Shown piece after piece: positions 39,450-49,629 of a stretch of 64,000 nucleotides of DNA; position 1 is the stretch's first letter, and every line of letters begins with the position of its first letter. Made by a program: the position numbers and the translations under genes. Origin of the DNA: a virus; IMG/VR virus record IMGVR_UViG_3300042894_004439, positions 19,175 through 83,174 of that record; one strand, given 5' to 3'. A model generated the notes under the pieces. It was not told the DNA's origin. It did no database searches and worked only from the letters and a program-made list of their open reading frames with translations.

Positions 39450-40532
39450 ATGTATGCCAATGGCATAGAAAAAGTCGAAATAGAACTGACCACACGATGT
39501 AATGCATCATGTCCGCAATGTTCAAGAAATTATTTCGGAGGAAAAGTTTGGCCAACGCTACCAATTGTTGATTTAAAATTAAGTGTTTTAAAAGAAAAAC
39601 TTAGTAAATCATTTTTATCAACTTTAAAACAAATTGATTTAATAGGAACCTATGGTGATCCTTGCATACACAAAGATTTAATAGCCATTGTAACATGGAT
39701 ACATGAATCCACAGATGCCAAAATAGTTATCAGTACCAATGGTAGTTTGCGCAGCACTGATTGGTGGCACAAGCTTGGCAGTACACTGCGATCGCAAGAT
39801 CGTGTGCTGTTTGGAATTGACGGACTAGAAGACACTAATCATTTGTATAGAAAAGGTACTAACTTTAAAAAAATTATTGCCAATATGACTGCATTTAATA
39901 ATGCAGGTGGAAAAAGCATTTGGAGCTATGTTGTATTTCAACACAACGAGCATCAAATTGACAAGGCAAAAAAACTAAGTGAGGAATTGAATTGTTATGG
40001 TTTTGCAGTAAAACCCACCAACAGATTTGTAAACAAACAACACAACTTAATTGAAAATTTTCCAGTTGTAAATAAAAATGGAAAAACAATTTATTGGTTG
40101 CAACCTCCTACAAATACTGCATATATTAATCCAGGTTACAAAAAGTATAAAGGACTCAACGAAGGTCCTGGTGATTACAATAACTATTTAAAAAATACTC
40201 AAATTGATTGTTTTGGAGTAAAAATTAAATATGTTGTAATTTCTGCCGAAGGATATGTTTTTCCGTGTGGATGGTTGCAGGACAGACTGTATGGATATGA
40301 AGCAGAATCGCACCCTGACAGGCAACGGTTACTTGATCTAATAGAAAAATCGGGCGGGTTTGACAGTATTAATATACGTTACAAATCTGTAACTGAAATT
40401 CTTGCTGGTGATTTTTTTAAAAGTATTAAAGATTCATGGACCAATGAATATCGTCTTGATAGATGTGCCAATCAATGCGGTGCACACAATTTATTTGGTG
40501 CATCTTATAATAATATTAAAGAACTGTTATGA
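39450..40532 (+). CDS. Radical SAM protein with SPASM/twitch domain
   Basis: CNASCPQC, GTYGDP, C-terminal C...G.VFPC...C...C. Confidence 0.85.
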   Translation: MYANGIEKVEIELTTRCNASCPQCSRNYFGGKVWPTLPIVDLKLSVLKEKLSKSFLSTLKQIDLIGTYGDPCIHKDLIAIVTWIHESTDAKIVISTNGSLRSTDWWHKLGSTLRSQDRVLFGIDGLEDTNHLYRKGTNFKKIIANMTAFNNAGGKSIWSYVVFQHNEHQIDKAKKLSEELNCYGFAVKPTNRFVNKQHNLIENFPVVNKNGKTIYWLQPPTNTAYINPGYKKYKGLNEGPGDYNNYLKNTQIDCFGVKIKYVVISAEGYVFPCGWLQDRLYGYEAESHPDRQRLLDLIEKSGGFDSINIRYKSVTEILAGDFFKSIKDSWTNEYRLDRCANQCGAHNLFGASYNNIKELL

Positions 40533-41071
40533 CTACAGTAGCACTGGTAGGCGGTGGCGATTTGGCCGACGTTTTTTGTGAAAAAAATAAAAACAACTAC
40601 AAGATTAAAATTTATACACATAGCAATTTTGACATAACTGATCAAGATAATTGCAACGCACTGGTTGATCAGCTGTTAGATTTCCATGCAATTGTTATCA
40701 CAGCAGGATACATGGGCAATGATATATGGAAAATGTGGCTAACCAACACAGTAGGACCGTCGTATATAATTAATAAATTGATTGAAAAAAATTATAGTGG
40801 ACATGTTATAGTGATATCGAGCAATGCGGGAAACTGGACCAGTTGGCCAGATATTGATCTTACTAGATTATCCTATAATAATACAAAAAATGCAATAAGC
40901 AATTTTGTACACGGAGTAAAACAAAAAAACTATAAAGGAAAATATTCCGTGATTGAGCCATCAAAATTTAAATCGTCAATGAGTAATTTTCAAGGTCATG
41001 ATATCAACACAATCGTCAATGTGTTGGAATTCATGCTAGCCAATGATACAATTTGGAATGTAAAAATTTAA
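40529..41071 (+). CDS. Short-chain dehydrogenase/reductase-like protein
   Basis: Rossmann VGGG, TAG, ISS, YxxxK (YNNTK). Confidence 0.75.
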   Translation: MTTVALVGGGDLADVFCEKNKNNYKIKIYTHSNFDITDQDNCNALVDQLLDFHAIVITAGYMGNDIWKMWLTNTVGPSYIINKLIEKNYSGHVIVISSNAGNWTSWPDIDLTRLSYNNTKNAISNFVHGVKQKNYKGKYSVIEPSKFKSSMSNFQGHDINTIVNVLEFMLANDTIWNVKI

Positions 41072-41072
41072 T

Positions 41073-41294
41073 ATGGGATTTCAGAAACCTGATTTGTTTA
41101 AAGCACAGTATGCTATTCAAAAAACTTTGGGCGAAATACATAGCCCCTACAACGATGGATGGACAGCCTCCGGTTGCAAACAAGAACTTTATATGTTAAA
41201 ATGTTGGTTAGAAGATGAATATAATCAACTTCCAAAATTTTCAGGAGAAGAAAAATGGGAACAGGAACGTATAGTAGAGTTATTAAGGAAATAG
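41073..41294 (+). CDS. Hypothetical protein
   Basis: SPYNDGWTA motif. Confidence 0.65.
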   Translation: MGFQKPDLFKAQYAIQKTLGEIHSPYNDGWTASGCKQELYMLKCWLEDEYNQLPKFSGEEKWEQERIVELLRK

Positions 41295-41295
41295 T

Positions 41296-42213
41296 ATGAA
41301 AGCGTTATGGACAGAGTTGTATAGGCCCAACACACTAGATGGCTATGTATTTAAAGATACCGCACAACGAGAACAAATAGAAAGTTGGGTACGAGAAGGA
41401 TCAATTCCGCATTTGTTATTTTCTGGTGCGCCTGGCGTAGGAAAAACCACACTGGCTAAAATTTTAATTAATCTACTAGACATTGACACATATGACGTCC
41501 TGGAAATCAATGCCAGTCGAGAAAATTCAGTGGACACAATTCGTGACAAGATCACAGGATTTGTACAGACCATGCCATTTGGCCAATTCAAAGTGGTACT
41601 GTTAGACGAAGCAGATTATATCACACCCAATGGGCAAGCAGCTCTACGCGGAGTCATGGAAACATATCATGCGTCGGCTCGATTCATACTTACTTGCAAT
41701 TACCCTAATCGGGTTATTCCTGCTCTGCACAGTCGGTGTCAAGGATTTCACATTGACAGAATTGATCTCACTGAATTTACTGCTCGTATTGCCACTGTTC
41801 TTGTGGAGGAACATGTGGAGTTTGAGTTAGATACCCTAGACACTTATGTGAGATCAACTTATCCAGATTTGCGTAAATGCTTAAACACCTGTCAGATGAA
41901 TTCTACCACAGGTACATTGATAGCGCCACAAAATACTGGCGTCGGATCACAAGACTGGAAATTGTCAGCAGTAGATTTGTTTAAAACAGGTCGCATACTT
42001 GAAGCTCGAAAGCTCATGTGTGCTAATGCTCGAGCAGAAGAAATGGAAGAAATGTTTCGTTGGTTGTATGACAATTTAGATCTTTGGGGGAAAGACCAAG
42101 AAACACAGGATCAAGCAATTATCATTATTCGTCAAGGATACGTTAATGTTCCATTGGTGGCGGATCAAGAGATAAATTTGAGCGCAACATTATGTGAGTT
42201 GTCAAGACTATGA
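41296..42213 (+). CDS. Clamp loader AAA+ subunit (T4 gp44/RFC-small-like)
   Basis: W.ELYRP, GAPGVGKTT, LLDEAD, SRC. Confidence 0.92.
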   Translation: MKALWTELYRPNTLDGYVFKDTAQREQIESWVREGSIPHLLFSGAPGVGKTTLAKILINLLDIDTYDVLEINASRENSVDTIRDKITGFVQTMPFGQFKVVLLDEADYITPNGQAALRGVMETYHASARFILTCNYPNRVIPALHSRCQGFHIDRIDLTEFTARIATVLVEEHVEFELDTLDTYVRSTYPDLRKCLNTCQMNSTTGTLIAPQNTGVGSQDWKLSAVDLFKTGRILEARKLMCANARAEEMEEMFRWLYDNLDLWGKDQETQDQAIIIIRQGYVNVPLVADQEINLSATLCELSRL

Positions 42214-42521
42214 GATATATGATTTTAACTTATTTCAAACAGGCATCTGGTAAAATTGATGAGGTCATGTCGTTGTCTAAACGAATAAAGCCCACAGATT
42301 TACAAACGGCAAGTATCATACTTGACTTTCGTGATCAAGTTGTGCTAAAATGTATGATAGACGGCAAATCAATGCCCCGTGATTGGGACACAATTGTTTC
42401 TTATTATTACGAGCACTACAAATCAATCATGGAACGATTATTTAAGGAAAATGGACATGAACTTAAAATGGAAGAAAAGCCAGTTGAACAAACAACTGGC
42501 AATGCAGTTCCAACAGAATAA
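42210..42521 (+). CDS. Hypothetical protein
   Basis: Coupled ORF. Confidence 0.65.
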   Translation: MRYMILTYFKQASGKIDEVMSLSKRIKPTDLQTASIILDFRDQVVLKCMIDGKSMPRDWDTIVSYYYEHYKSIMERLFKENGHELKMEEKPVEQTTGNAVPTE

Positions 42522-42533
42522 GTCGATAAGTCG

Positions 42534-43385
42534 ATGAGTTATTTTAATTTATTAGTCAAAATACACAAGAATCTTTCATCTCCAGCAAGATCGTGGTATC
42601 ATGAATCATTGCACAATAAAGACACTTTGTTAATCACAGCTGGGGACAGTTGGACCTGGGGAGATAGTCTTTTTGACATTGACGCCGAAGCTGGTAAGCA
42701 AGATCATCCTGACAGAGTTAATAAAATATATGGTGCATTGCTAGCGAAAAAACTAGATGCTGATTTTATCAATCTTGCCAAGTGTGCCGGTGCCAATATA
42801 GAGTTTTGTGATTGGGTAAAAAGTCTTTTACCAATGGTTGAAACAAAATATAAAAAGATTATTGTGGCAATTACTCTCACCGAGAACTGCCGAGAAGCAC
42901 ATTGGGATAGAGTTTGGGTTCCTGAAGAGCAGCCCAGTCTTGAAGAATATTTGTGTGAATACGAAAAAAATATGTTTGAGAATCTTGCTCAGACATTCAA
43001 GCAACACAGTTCAATTCAATTTGTAGTTTCTAGAAACTTTACCTACAGTTTTGACAGTAACATTTCGGTACTCAAGGATTATCTCACTGAAAAAATCTGG
43101 GTCGATTGTTTAGCCGAGTATCAGAGCAATCAAGATTATCCCACTGATGTTAGGTTTCTTTCTAGTATTGCACTGGTGCCATTGCACAAGCTACTCAAAG
43201 ATATTGACCTATATAAAAAATATAAATTTCAATTTATGAGTTTATATGCCAGCAGTGAGTTGGCAATCTCATGGTTAGAGAAAAGTAAGTTGAATTACCA
43301 AAAAGCCACAAAACACCCAACCGAACTTGGGCATGAGATTTGGGCAGATTATCTATACAATACAATCACTGCCCGTTTGCATTGA
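42534..43385 (+). CDS. SGNH/GDSL-like protein
   Basis: AGDSWTWG, GAN, HPTELGH. Confidence 0.75.
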   Translation: MSYFNLLVKIHKNLSSPARSWYHESLHNKDTLLITAGDSWTWGDSLFDIDAEAGKQDHPDRVNKIYGALLAKKLDADFINLAKCAGANIEFCDWVKSLLPMVETKYKKIIVAITLTENCREAHWDRVWVPEEQPSLEEYLCEYEKNMFENLAQTFKQHSSIQFVVSRNFTYSFDSNISVLKDYLTEKIWVDCLAEYQSNQDYPTDVRFLSSIALVPLHKLLKDIDLYKKYKFQFMSLYASSELAISWLEKSKLNYQKATKHPTELGHEIWADYLYNTITARLH

Positions 43386-43431
43386 CTTAATATTATACTT
43401 CTGTTATTATAAACTACAAAGATGGAGTGAT

Positions 43432-44043
43432 ATGTATAAAGATTTTAAAAATTCTGACCAATTGATCTTAGTCGACTGCGACGGTGTACTGCTTAATTGG
43501 GAGTATGCTTTTGCAATCTGGATGGAATCACATGGATTTGAGTCAGTTCCGGGTGGTGAATTAAACTACAACATTGGCGAACGTTATAATATCTCTCATG
43601 AACAGGGTCGAAAACTGATCAAGATGTTTAATGAAAGCGCCGCAATTGGTTTTCTTCCACCATTGCGCGATGCCATGTACTATGTTAAAAGATTACACGA
43701 AGAACATGGTTATGTTTTTCATTGCATTACCAGTCTTAGCACAGATCCCAACGCACAGAAATTACGCAAGATGAATCTTGACAAATTGTTTGGCGATACA
43801 GTATTTGAAAAGATTGTGTGTTTACCCACAGGTGCTGACAAACACGAAGCACTCGAGCCTTATAGAGACTCTGGTTGCTGGTGGGTCGAGGACAAGCCCG
43901 AAAATGCCGAAGTTGGCCATGCAGTAGGATTAAAATCATTGATCATTGAGCACGGGCATAACATGCACTATCATAATGAACACATCACGATAGTAAAAAA
44001 CTGGCGTGATGTGTATCAAATTATCACTGATCAATCAGTGTAA
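43432..44043 (+). CDS. HAD-family 5'(3')-deoxyribonucleotidase-like phosphatase
   Basis: LVDCDGVL, ITS, K, VEDK; GGAG RBS. Confidence 0.85.
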   Translation: MYKDFKNSDQLILVDCDGVLLNWEYAFAIWMESHGFESVPGGELNYNIGERYNISHEQGRKLIKMFNESAAIGFLPPLRDAMYYVKRLHEEHGYVFHCITSLSTDPNAQKLRKMNLDKLFGDTVFEKIVCLPTGADKHEALEPYRDSGCWWVEDKPENAEVGHAVGLKSLIIEHGHNMHYHNEHITIVKNWRDVYQIITDQSV

Positions 44044-44765
44044 AGTTTTAATACGGATCCTATGATCTCGTGTCGCTGAATATCGCGAGCTGACAACTCG
44101 CACACAGCAATACCATTTACACCCCCTTCCTCCAGTCTTTGACAAAGGTCCATAAGGCCATTGTCGCCATTACTACGGTCGGCTTGTTCTATGTCTCCAG
44201 TGATCACAATTTTACTGTGTACACCTATACGGGTCATCAGCATCTTGGTCTGGGCGGGTGTTGCGTTTTGCATTTCATCTGCAATGATCCATGAGTTCTT
44301 GAAAGTTCTACCTCTCATAAACGCCAATGGGGCTATTTCTATCACTTGATCTTCTATCATGCCTGCAATTTCCGGCGGGCGATAATACTCTCGTAACACA
44401 TCCAATAACGGACGAGTCCACGGTTCCATTTTGGCAACCAAGTTGCCGGGTAAGAATCCATGTTGTTCACCTTCTACACCCACTGCTGGGCGTGTTAGTA
44501 CTATACGTTCACAATCTCCTTCTTTTAGTGCTTTTACAGCGGCCTGCATGGCAAGGTAAGTTTTACCAGTACCAGCGGGTCCTACTGTGACTACGATGTG
44601 TTGCGCTTCATCTTGAAGAGCCAGCACCAAGCGTTCCTGGTTCCTAGTTCTAGGAACCAATTCTACTCTGCGAGTGGATATTTTTGGAAGTGCTTGATTA
44701 AAACTTATAGTGTTTTCTACTGGATTCATATGACGATGTGCTTTTGCGGCTCTTTGTCTGCTCAA
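44031..44765 (-). CDS. phoH: PhoH family ATPase
   Basis: GPAGTGKT, LTRP, GFLPG, FMRGRT, DEMQN, GD..Q.D. Confidence 0.95.
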   Translation of the reverse strand: MSRQRAAKAHRHMNPVENTISFNQALPKISTRRVELVPRTRNQERLVLALQDEAQHIVVTVGPAGTGKTYLAMQAAVKALKEGDCERIVLTRPAVGVEGEQHGFLPGNLVAKMEPWTRPLLDVLREYYRPPEIAGMIEDQVIEIAPLAFMRGRTFKNSWIIADEMQNATPAQTKMLMTRIGVHSKIVITGDIEQADRSNGDNGLMDLCQRLEEGGVNGIAVCELSARDIQRHEIIGSVLKLYTD

Positions 44766-44935
44766 GTGCTATTCTCCATATGGTTAAATGCCAACAATTA
44801 CTGCTGGCAAAGTATTTAGGCATAGGCAACCAAAAGTTTAGTGGGTATTGATATTTTGTAAAATTGAACTAAGTATTAGGCTGTCCTGTAACATCATTTT
44901 ATTACCACTATGATAATAATCTTAAATAACAGTGC

Positions 44936-45586
44936 ATGTTAACTTCGATCAAAGAAATTTCAAATCACCCGATTGTAATATTATTGTACCAAGCTGGATC
45001 TAGCGGCGAATTCTTATCGTATGCGTTGACCCAAAGCATTAGTCAATTTACAAAAATGAAAACGCTTTGGGAAAATAATAATCGATGTGTAGTTCAAGAT
45101 TATTTTGGAAGAACCCTATTATTTGGACCAATCACTGAAGATATTTTATTGCCTAGGATTAATTTGTTTTTTGAAATGGCCAAATCAAAAGGTGTAAGGC
45201 ACATGGGATTATCGCATCACAATCCGCATCAAATTGATTTTATTAAAAATTACGGTGCAACATGGCCTGTAATTGAAATTACAACCTTACAACCTGTAAG
45301 CATTAAGTTTCGAAAATTAGCTGGTGCTAGCAAAATACCCAAAAAGTACCAGTTAAGCCCTTTCAACGAAAATGAAGAAGTCACCACTGCGTTGGATATA
45401 GGATTCATCCCAGATCATCATTTGCAGATAGAATGGAGTGAATTATTTTTAACCGATATTCGCACAACATATTTTAAAATATTAAAATTTCTTGATTGCG
45501 CCGGTGATGTGGATTATTTTGTTGATATAGTTAATGATTATGTCAACAACAATCAAAACTTAATACAGTCTGTTTATGAAAATTAA
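44936..45586 (+). CDS. Sulfotransferase-like P-loop protein
   Basis: YQAGSSGEFL; IEWSELF...ILKFL; TAAATA 7 nt before ATG. Confidence 0.5.
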   Translation: MLTSIKEISNHPIVILLYQAGSSGEFLSYALTQSISQFTKMKTLWENNNRCVVQDYFGRTLLFGPITEDILLPRINLFFEMAKSKGVRHMGLSHHNPHQIDFIKNYGATWPVIEITTLQPVSIKFRKLAGASKIPKKYQLSPFNENEEVTTALDIGFIPDHHLQIEWSELFLTDIRTTYFKILKFLDCAGDVDYFVDIVNDYVNNNQNLIQSVYEN

Positions 45587-46286
45587 ACATTTACGCACCA
45601 TTGGAGATGGATTTTGTTTTAATCATTACTGGCCAATGTGGAGCCAGTTATTGGCAGAAATTTTAGACTGTGAATGGCAAAATTTTTCATTGCCTGGACT
45701 TGGCAATGAAGCTATAGCCAACATTGTGCTTGATCAGGTGTCAGCCGAAGATTTACCAAACACCTTATGGGTGATTCAGTGGGCCGAACCTAAAAGACTA
45801 GATTTTAGAGTAGATACTATTAACCCTGCATTTTTAAAAGAAACAGAGTCAGACCCAATTTACTATAAAAACTTTATCACCACAGCGCAAGGAAGGAAAT
45901 ACTGGTCTAGTAGTGCTAGTATTTTGCCTTGGGTAGCCGAACAACGAAATTTAATAACATTAGAACAATACCAAGATCGACAAAAATTATTTGAATTAGC
46001 AGTTACACATGCATTGGAAAAAGCTGGCGTAAAATGGCAATATATCTCTACCCCGGCCATGATGAGTTTTTTAAAACAAAGCAAGTATTTTGATCTTGAT
46101 GTAGGAGAAATACAACCAGTGAGTTCCGTACATTTGGACTTTTTAGAACAGTTTGTACTACCGAGATTAGACATTGATACCTCCAGATTGGATAATATTC
46201 GTGAAAAAACACTTCTCGTCGATCAAGAACGCAAACATAGCAATCAATTTGTGCCTTGGGACAGAAATATGCATAAACGAGTTTGA
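45576..46286 (+). CDS. SGNH-like protein (degenerate)
   Basis: IGDGF, GLGN, IQW, QP...H. Confidence 0.6.
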   Translation: MKIKHLRTIGDGFCFNHYWPMWSQLLAEILDCEWQNFSLPGLGNEAIANIVLDQVSAEDLPNTLWVIQWAEPKRLDFRVDTINPAFLKETESDPIYYKNFITTAQGRKYWSSSASILPWVAEQRNLITLEQYQDRQKLFELAVTHALEKAGVKWQYISTPAMMSFLKQSKYFDLDVGEIQPVSSVHLDFLEQFVLPRLDIDTSRLDNIREKTLLVDQERKHSNQFVPWDRNMHKRV

Positions 46287-46300
46287 CCATAAATAATCAT

Positions 46301-46903
46301 ATGGGACTCAAAGATCAAGAATTATTTAAAGACCACAGTGATTACTGGCAGGTTGCGGAGAACATCCGCGACATCTATCTTTCTGAAGGCAGTTTGTTAA
46401 GTTTGTTAGACTTTGAAAGAGTACTTGATGAACTGGATTTATATGCTTTTAAAAACTGGGCTATTGGCGAACTGGTGCAAGGTCCTGATATAGGCAAGTA
46501 TCGTGTGGGTTGTATTTTTATGTGGCCAGAAAAACTCATGCCAGACCCGCGTGGTGCAAAACGTTTACTGCCATTTGACTGTGAAGTTCGCTATAAAAAA
46601 ACCAATATGAAAATTCCTGTTAAAATTGAAGACCCTAGTGATTTTCGCCCAGGCACGCACAAGGCCAAAATTGTAGAGAAAAAAGTTTGGCTGGTAGAAA
46701 TAGTCATGCCCAAGGCACTGATGAGTGACATACGCACCGGTTCAGTTGAATTAGAGGATCAAGATATCGATCTTGAAGATTTAGATAGCGCCTACGAGCA
46801 AGATCTAGATCAACAGTCATTCCAGACTGATAATAATGCACAACAACAAAATGCACAACAACAGCAATCACAAACAGCCATCCAGCCACCAGTCGCTATT
46901 TGA
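46301..46903 (+). CDS. Conserved hypothetical phage protein
   Basis: DFERVLDELDLYAF.NW...MPDP.G..RL; TAAATA 5 nt before ATG. Confidence 0.75.
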   Translation: MGLKDQELFKDHSDYWQVAENIRDIYLSEGSLLSLLDFERVLDELDLYAFKNWAIGELVQGPDIGKYRVGCIFMWPEKLMPDPRGAKRLLPFDCEVRYKKTNMKIPVKIEDPSDFRPGTHKAKIVEKKVWLVEIVMPKALMSDIRTGSVELEDQDIDLEDLDSAYEQDLDQQSFQTDNNAQQQNAQQQQSQTAIQPPVAI

Positions 46904-47423
46904 AAGCCTAGGATACAAGGATCTTGAGGGTTTGTTAAAACCCACAATTCACGTTGACGAATTTTCTAGTAAAATGGGCGATGACGATGATATTATTGTG
47001 TTGAGTTTTTTTGTGCGTGATCAACAAGCTGCCAAGGACCTAATGAACTGGTTTGAAAAAGGCTATGACTTTGTGGTTGACGCAGACAAAAGCCCAGGAG
47101 AAATTCGTCCCAATCGTTATTTGGTCTATGTAGAAATACGTCGCCGTAGCACTGCTGCTGGTCATGTAGAAACACTGTTGACAGATTTAGACACGCTGAC
47201 AGAATTTGGGTCAGACGATTGGTTAATGCATTACGATGGAAAAGAAGTGCCATTCTCACGTGACGCATTTGAATCTATGGTGCCAATGAGTCCAAAAGCA
47301 TATCGCAAAATACACGATGAAGATCTCAACGAAGTTCGTGTGGCAGCTGGATTACCTACAAAATCTATCTATGAAAAAGACGATCCTGCCATTCGAGCAA
47401 TGCAACACGCTGCAGGAATTTAA
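46836..47423 (+). CDS. Conserved hypothetical phage protein
   Basis: IHVDEFSSKMGDD...FEKGYDFVVDAD.SPGE; start uncertain. Confidence 0.7.
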   Translation: MHNNKMHNNSNHKQPSSHQSLFESLGYKDLEGLLKPTIHVDEFSSKMGDDDDIIVLSFFVRDQQAAKDLMNWFEKGYDFVVDADKSPGEIRPNRYLVYVEIRRRSTAAGHVETLLTDLDTLTEFGSDDWLMHYDGKEVPFSRDAFESMVPMSPKAYRKIHDEDLNEVRVAAGLPTKSIYEKDDPAIRAMQHAAGI

Positions 47424-47455
47424 ACATTGTTCTAAAACTAGGTATATAATTACCT

Positions 47456-48184
47456 ATGATACTTAAAAGTTTTGGATGTAGTTTTATTTTTGGTAGCGAG
47501 TTGGCAGAAGACAGAATGCACACGCGGATGTATCCTTCGCCAGACGAGAAAAACAGGCAACATGTTACTGGGAGTCGGTTAACATGGCCAGCATTACTTG
47601 CAAAACATTACAATTATCAATATCAAACATATGCGAAACCAGGGTCTGGCAATCTACAAATTTTAGAACGCATGATGAGTCATTTTGCTGACCCAGTGAA
47701 TGACGATACAATTTGTGTTGTTGGTTGGTCTTGGATAGATCGATTTGACTATTGTGTAAAAAATTCTACATGGCCAGGAGCACCATGGGCCACTATAATG
47801 CCAAATGACGAGAACGAAACTGCTAAAATTTATTATAGAGATTTACACTCTGAATTACAGGATAAGTTGGTTAATTTATTGTATATACGTCAAGCAATTG
47901 ATTTTCTCAAAGAAAAACAAATTCCATTTTTAATGACCTACATGGATCATCTGTTATTCGATACTCGATGGAATACCACGCCAGCAGTGACAGAACTGCA
48001 AACATATATAAAACCATATATGACAACATTTGAAGGATTAAATTTCCAAGAATGGACCAAAAAAAATAATTTTCCTATAGGTAAAAATGGTCATCCATTG
48101 GAATCGGCTCATCAAGCTGCTAGTGAGTACATAATCAAACTTTTTGGTACGAAAAGTATAGGCGTTCATTGCCATCCTTCTTGA
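47456..48184 (+). CDS. SGNH/GDSL-like protein
   Basis: FGCSF, GSGN, GWSWIDR, HPLESAH; paralog of 29882..30592. Confidence 0.75.
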   Translation: MILKSFGCSFIFGSELAEDRMHTRMYPSPDEKNRQHVTGSRLTWPALLAKHYNYQYQTYAKPGSGNLQILERMMSHFADPVNDDTICVVGWSWIDRFDYCVKNSTWPGAPWATIMPNDENETAKIYYRDLHSELQDKLVNLLYIRQAIDFLKEKQIPFLMTYMDHLLFDTRWNTTPAVTELQTYIKPYMTTFEGLNFQEWTKKNNFPIGKNGHPLESAHQAASEYIIKLFGTKSIGVHCHPS

Positions 48185-48860
48185 ATTCTAATAATTTAAG
48201 ATTGTATTTTTCAGCAAATTCATTTACTATTTCAAACGTCCAAGGGAATATATCCACATAAGGACCTGTCTTGTGTGTGATTCCTGGATTGGCACGTAAA
48301 TAAAATTTACCTCCAGTTATCAATAAATCCACGCAGTGGGAAAACCTTGCTTCAATTTCGTCTTGGCTGTTAAAGTTAATTGATCCCAGTGCAAGTATGT
48401 GATCGTGTTTGTGCTTAACTTTATAGTCTAATATGTCAACTTCAAAGTCTGCACAGTTATTATAAGGATCGATTCCTACTAGGTTCTGTATGCGTCCTTT
48501 GAATGGATGATATCCACACCCTACATCTAAAACCGCCTGGGGATTTTGTTTATTAATTTCTTCAGCCAGTGCCCATCCGGTGTAGTCATAATCGCCAGTG
48601 CGCGGTTTCCAAATTTCAGCAAAAAACCTGTGCGTGTAACGCTCGCTTAGATCATCCACAATAGTTTTTAATGTACCTATATAATCACACGGTAAACTGA
48701 GTTGGGCATCTACTGCGTCTTTAAACTTGCCATAGCGAGCAGGAGTCCACGGCAACTGATCCACGTGTGTGTCTTTGTCTATGACAATATTCTGGTATTT
48801 TGGTAAATTAAAAGCTGTGTGCAAATTTTCTTTAATCAAGTTAAAAATTTTAGTATTCAT
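48135..48860 (-). CDS. Class I SAM-dependent methyltransferase
   Basis: VLDVGCG, GIDP, L..GG motif. Confidence 0.8.
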   Translation of the reverse strand: MNTKIFNLIKENLHTAFNLPKYQNIVIDKDTHVDQLPWTPARYGKFKDAVDAQLSLPCDYIGTLKTIVDDLSERYTHRFFAEIWKPRTGDYDYTGWALAEEINKQNPQAVLDVGCGYHPFKGRIQNLVGIDPYNNCADFEVDILDYKVKHKHDHILALGSINFNSQDEIEARFSHCVDLLITGGKFYLRANPGITHKTGPYVDIFPWTFEIVNEFAEKYNLKLLEFKKDGNERLYFSYQKV

Positions 48861-48891
48861 TAGATTTTTCTCATATTAGATAAATAATTTT

Positions 48892-48922
48892 ACAACAGAG
48901 ACAAAAATTTTGCCTCTGTTGT
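48892..48922. repeat. Near-perfect 31-bp palindrome in divergent intergenic region
   Basis: ACAACAGAGACAAAA-A-TTTTGCCTCTGTTGT (one mismatch). Confidence 0.85.
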
Positions 48923-48999
48923 GTTTTTTCATATATATTTAAGGAGAATTTATGAACACAAAAGATTTTGTCTGACAGAATTAAAACATTACTTTTTAA

Positions 49000-49617
49000 A
49001 TGAAACACATTAAACAATATAAAACATTAGGAATATTATTTGCTCCTGCACTTGGTGGAAACCATATTGCTAACATGATTTCAACTTCTCCTCACGTGGA
49101 AAATAGAATTAAAACTGCCCAGTACGAGCAAAATCTAATAGATTTATATAGTAATTCAAAAGGATACATGTTTCATGCTGAGGAATTTTTAAATTTTAGT
49201 TCAGAGGATTATACTAAATCGTATAATTTGGTTTTAGAAAATAAATTGTCTACTGTTTTGCCAGGCCATATGGAAGATGCATATTGGGTTTTGAATAAAT
49301 TAAAACCACTGGGCAAAATGGGGTTTATTACTATGGAAGTATTCAATATAGATATTTTTAATTTTTATAAAAATATTAATACTAGATCCTACGTAGAAAA
49401 TTATAATCCCTATATATATCGATTTATGTACACTAAAGATGTTGCATCACGATTATTAGATATACCAATGGACGATGGGTATGTTATTGACGCTGAAAAA
49501 ATAATCCAGCCGGACATCACTGAATTATTAAACAATTTAAATGATGAGTTACAGTTGGATATGAATCTTACACTGTGCAAAGAGTTGCACAGCATGAGAT
49601 ATAAAAAAATACATTAA
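49000..49617 (+). CDS. Sulfotransferase-like P-loop protein (AT-rich)
   Basis: FAPALGGNHIANM. Confidence 0.5.
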   Translation: MKHIKQYKTLGILFAPALGGNHIANMISTSPHVENRIKTAQYEQNLIDLYSNSKGYMFHAEEFLNFSSEDYTKSYNLVLENKLSTVLPGHMEDAYWVLNKLKPLGKMGFITMEVFNIDIFNFYKNINTRSYVENYNPYIYRFMYTKDVASRLLDIPMDDGYVIDAEKIIQPDITELLNNLNDELQLDMNLTLCKELHSMRYKKIH

Positions 49618-49629
49618 AAGGAAAAACAA

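Noticed and set aside
42518-42536. Tandem ATAAGTCG x2 before an SGNH gene as a target-site duplication
   Set aside because: The copies are adjacent rather than flanking the gene; too short to interpret
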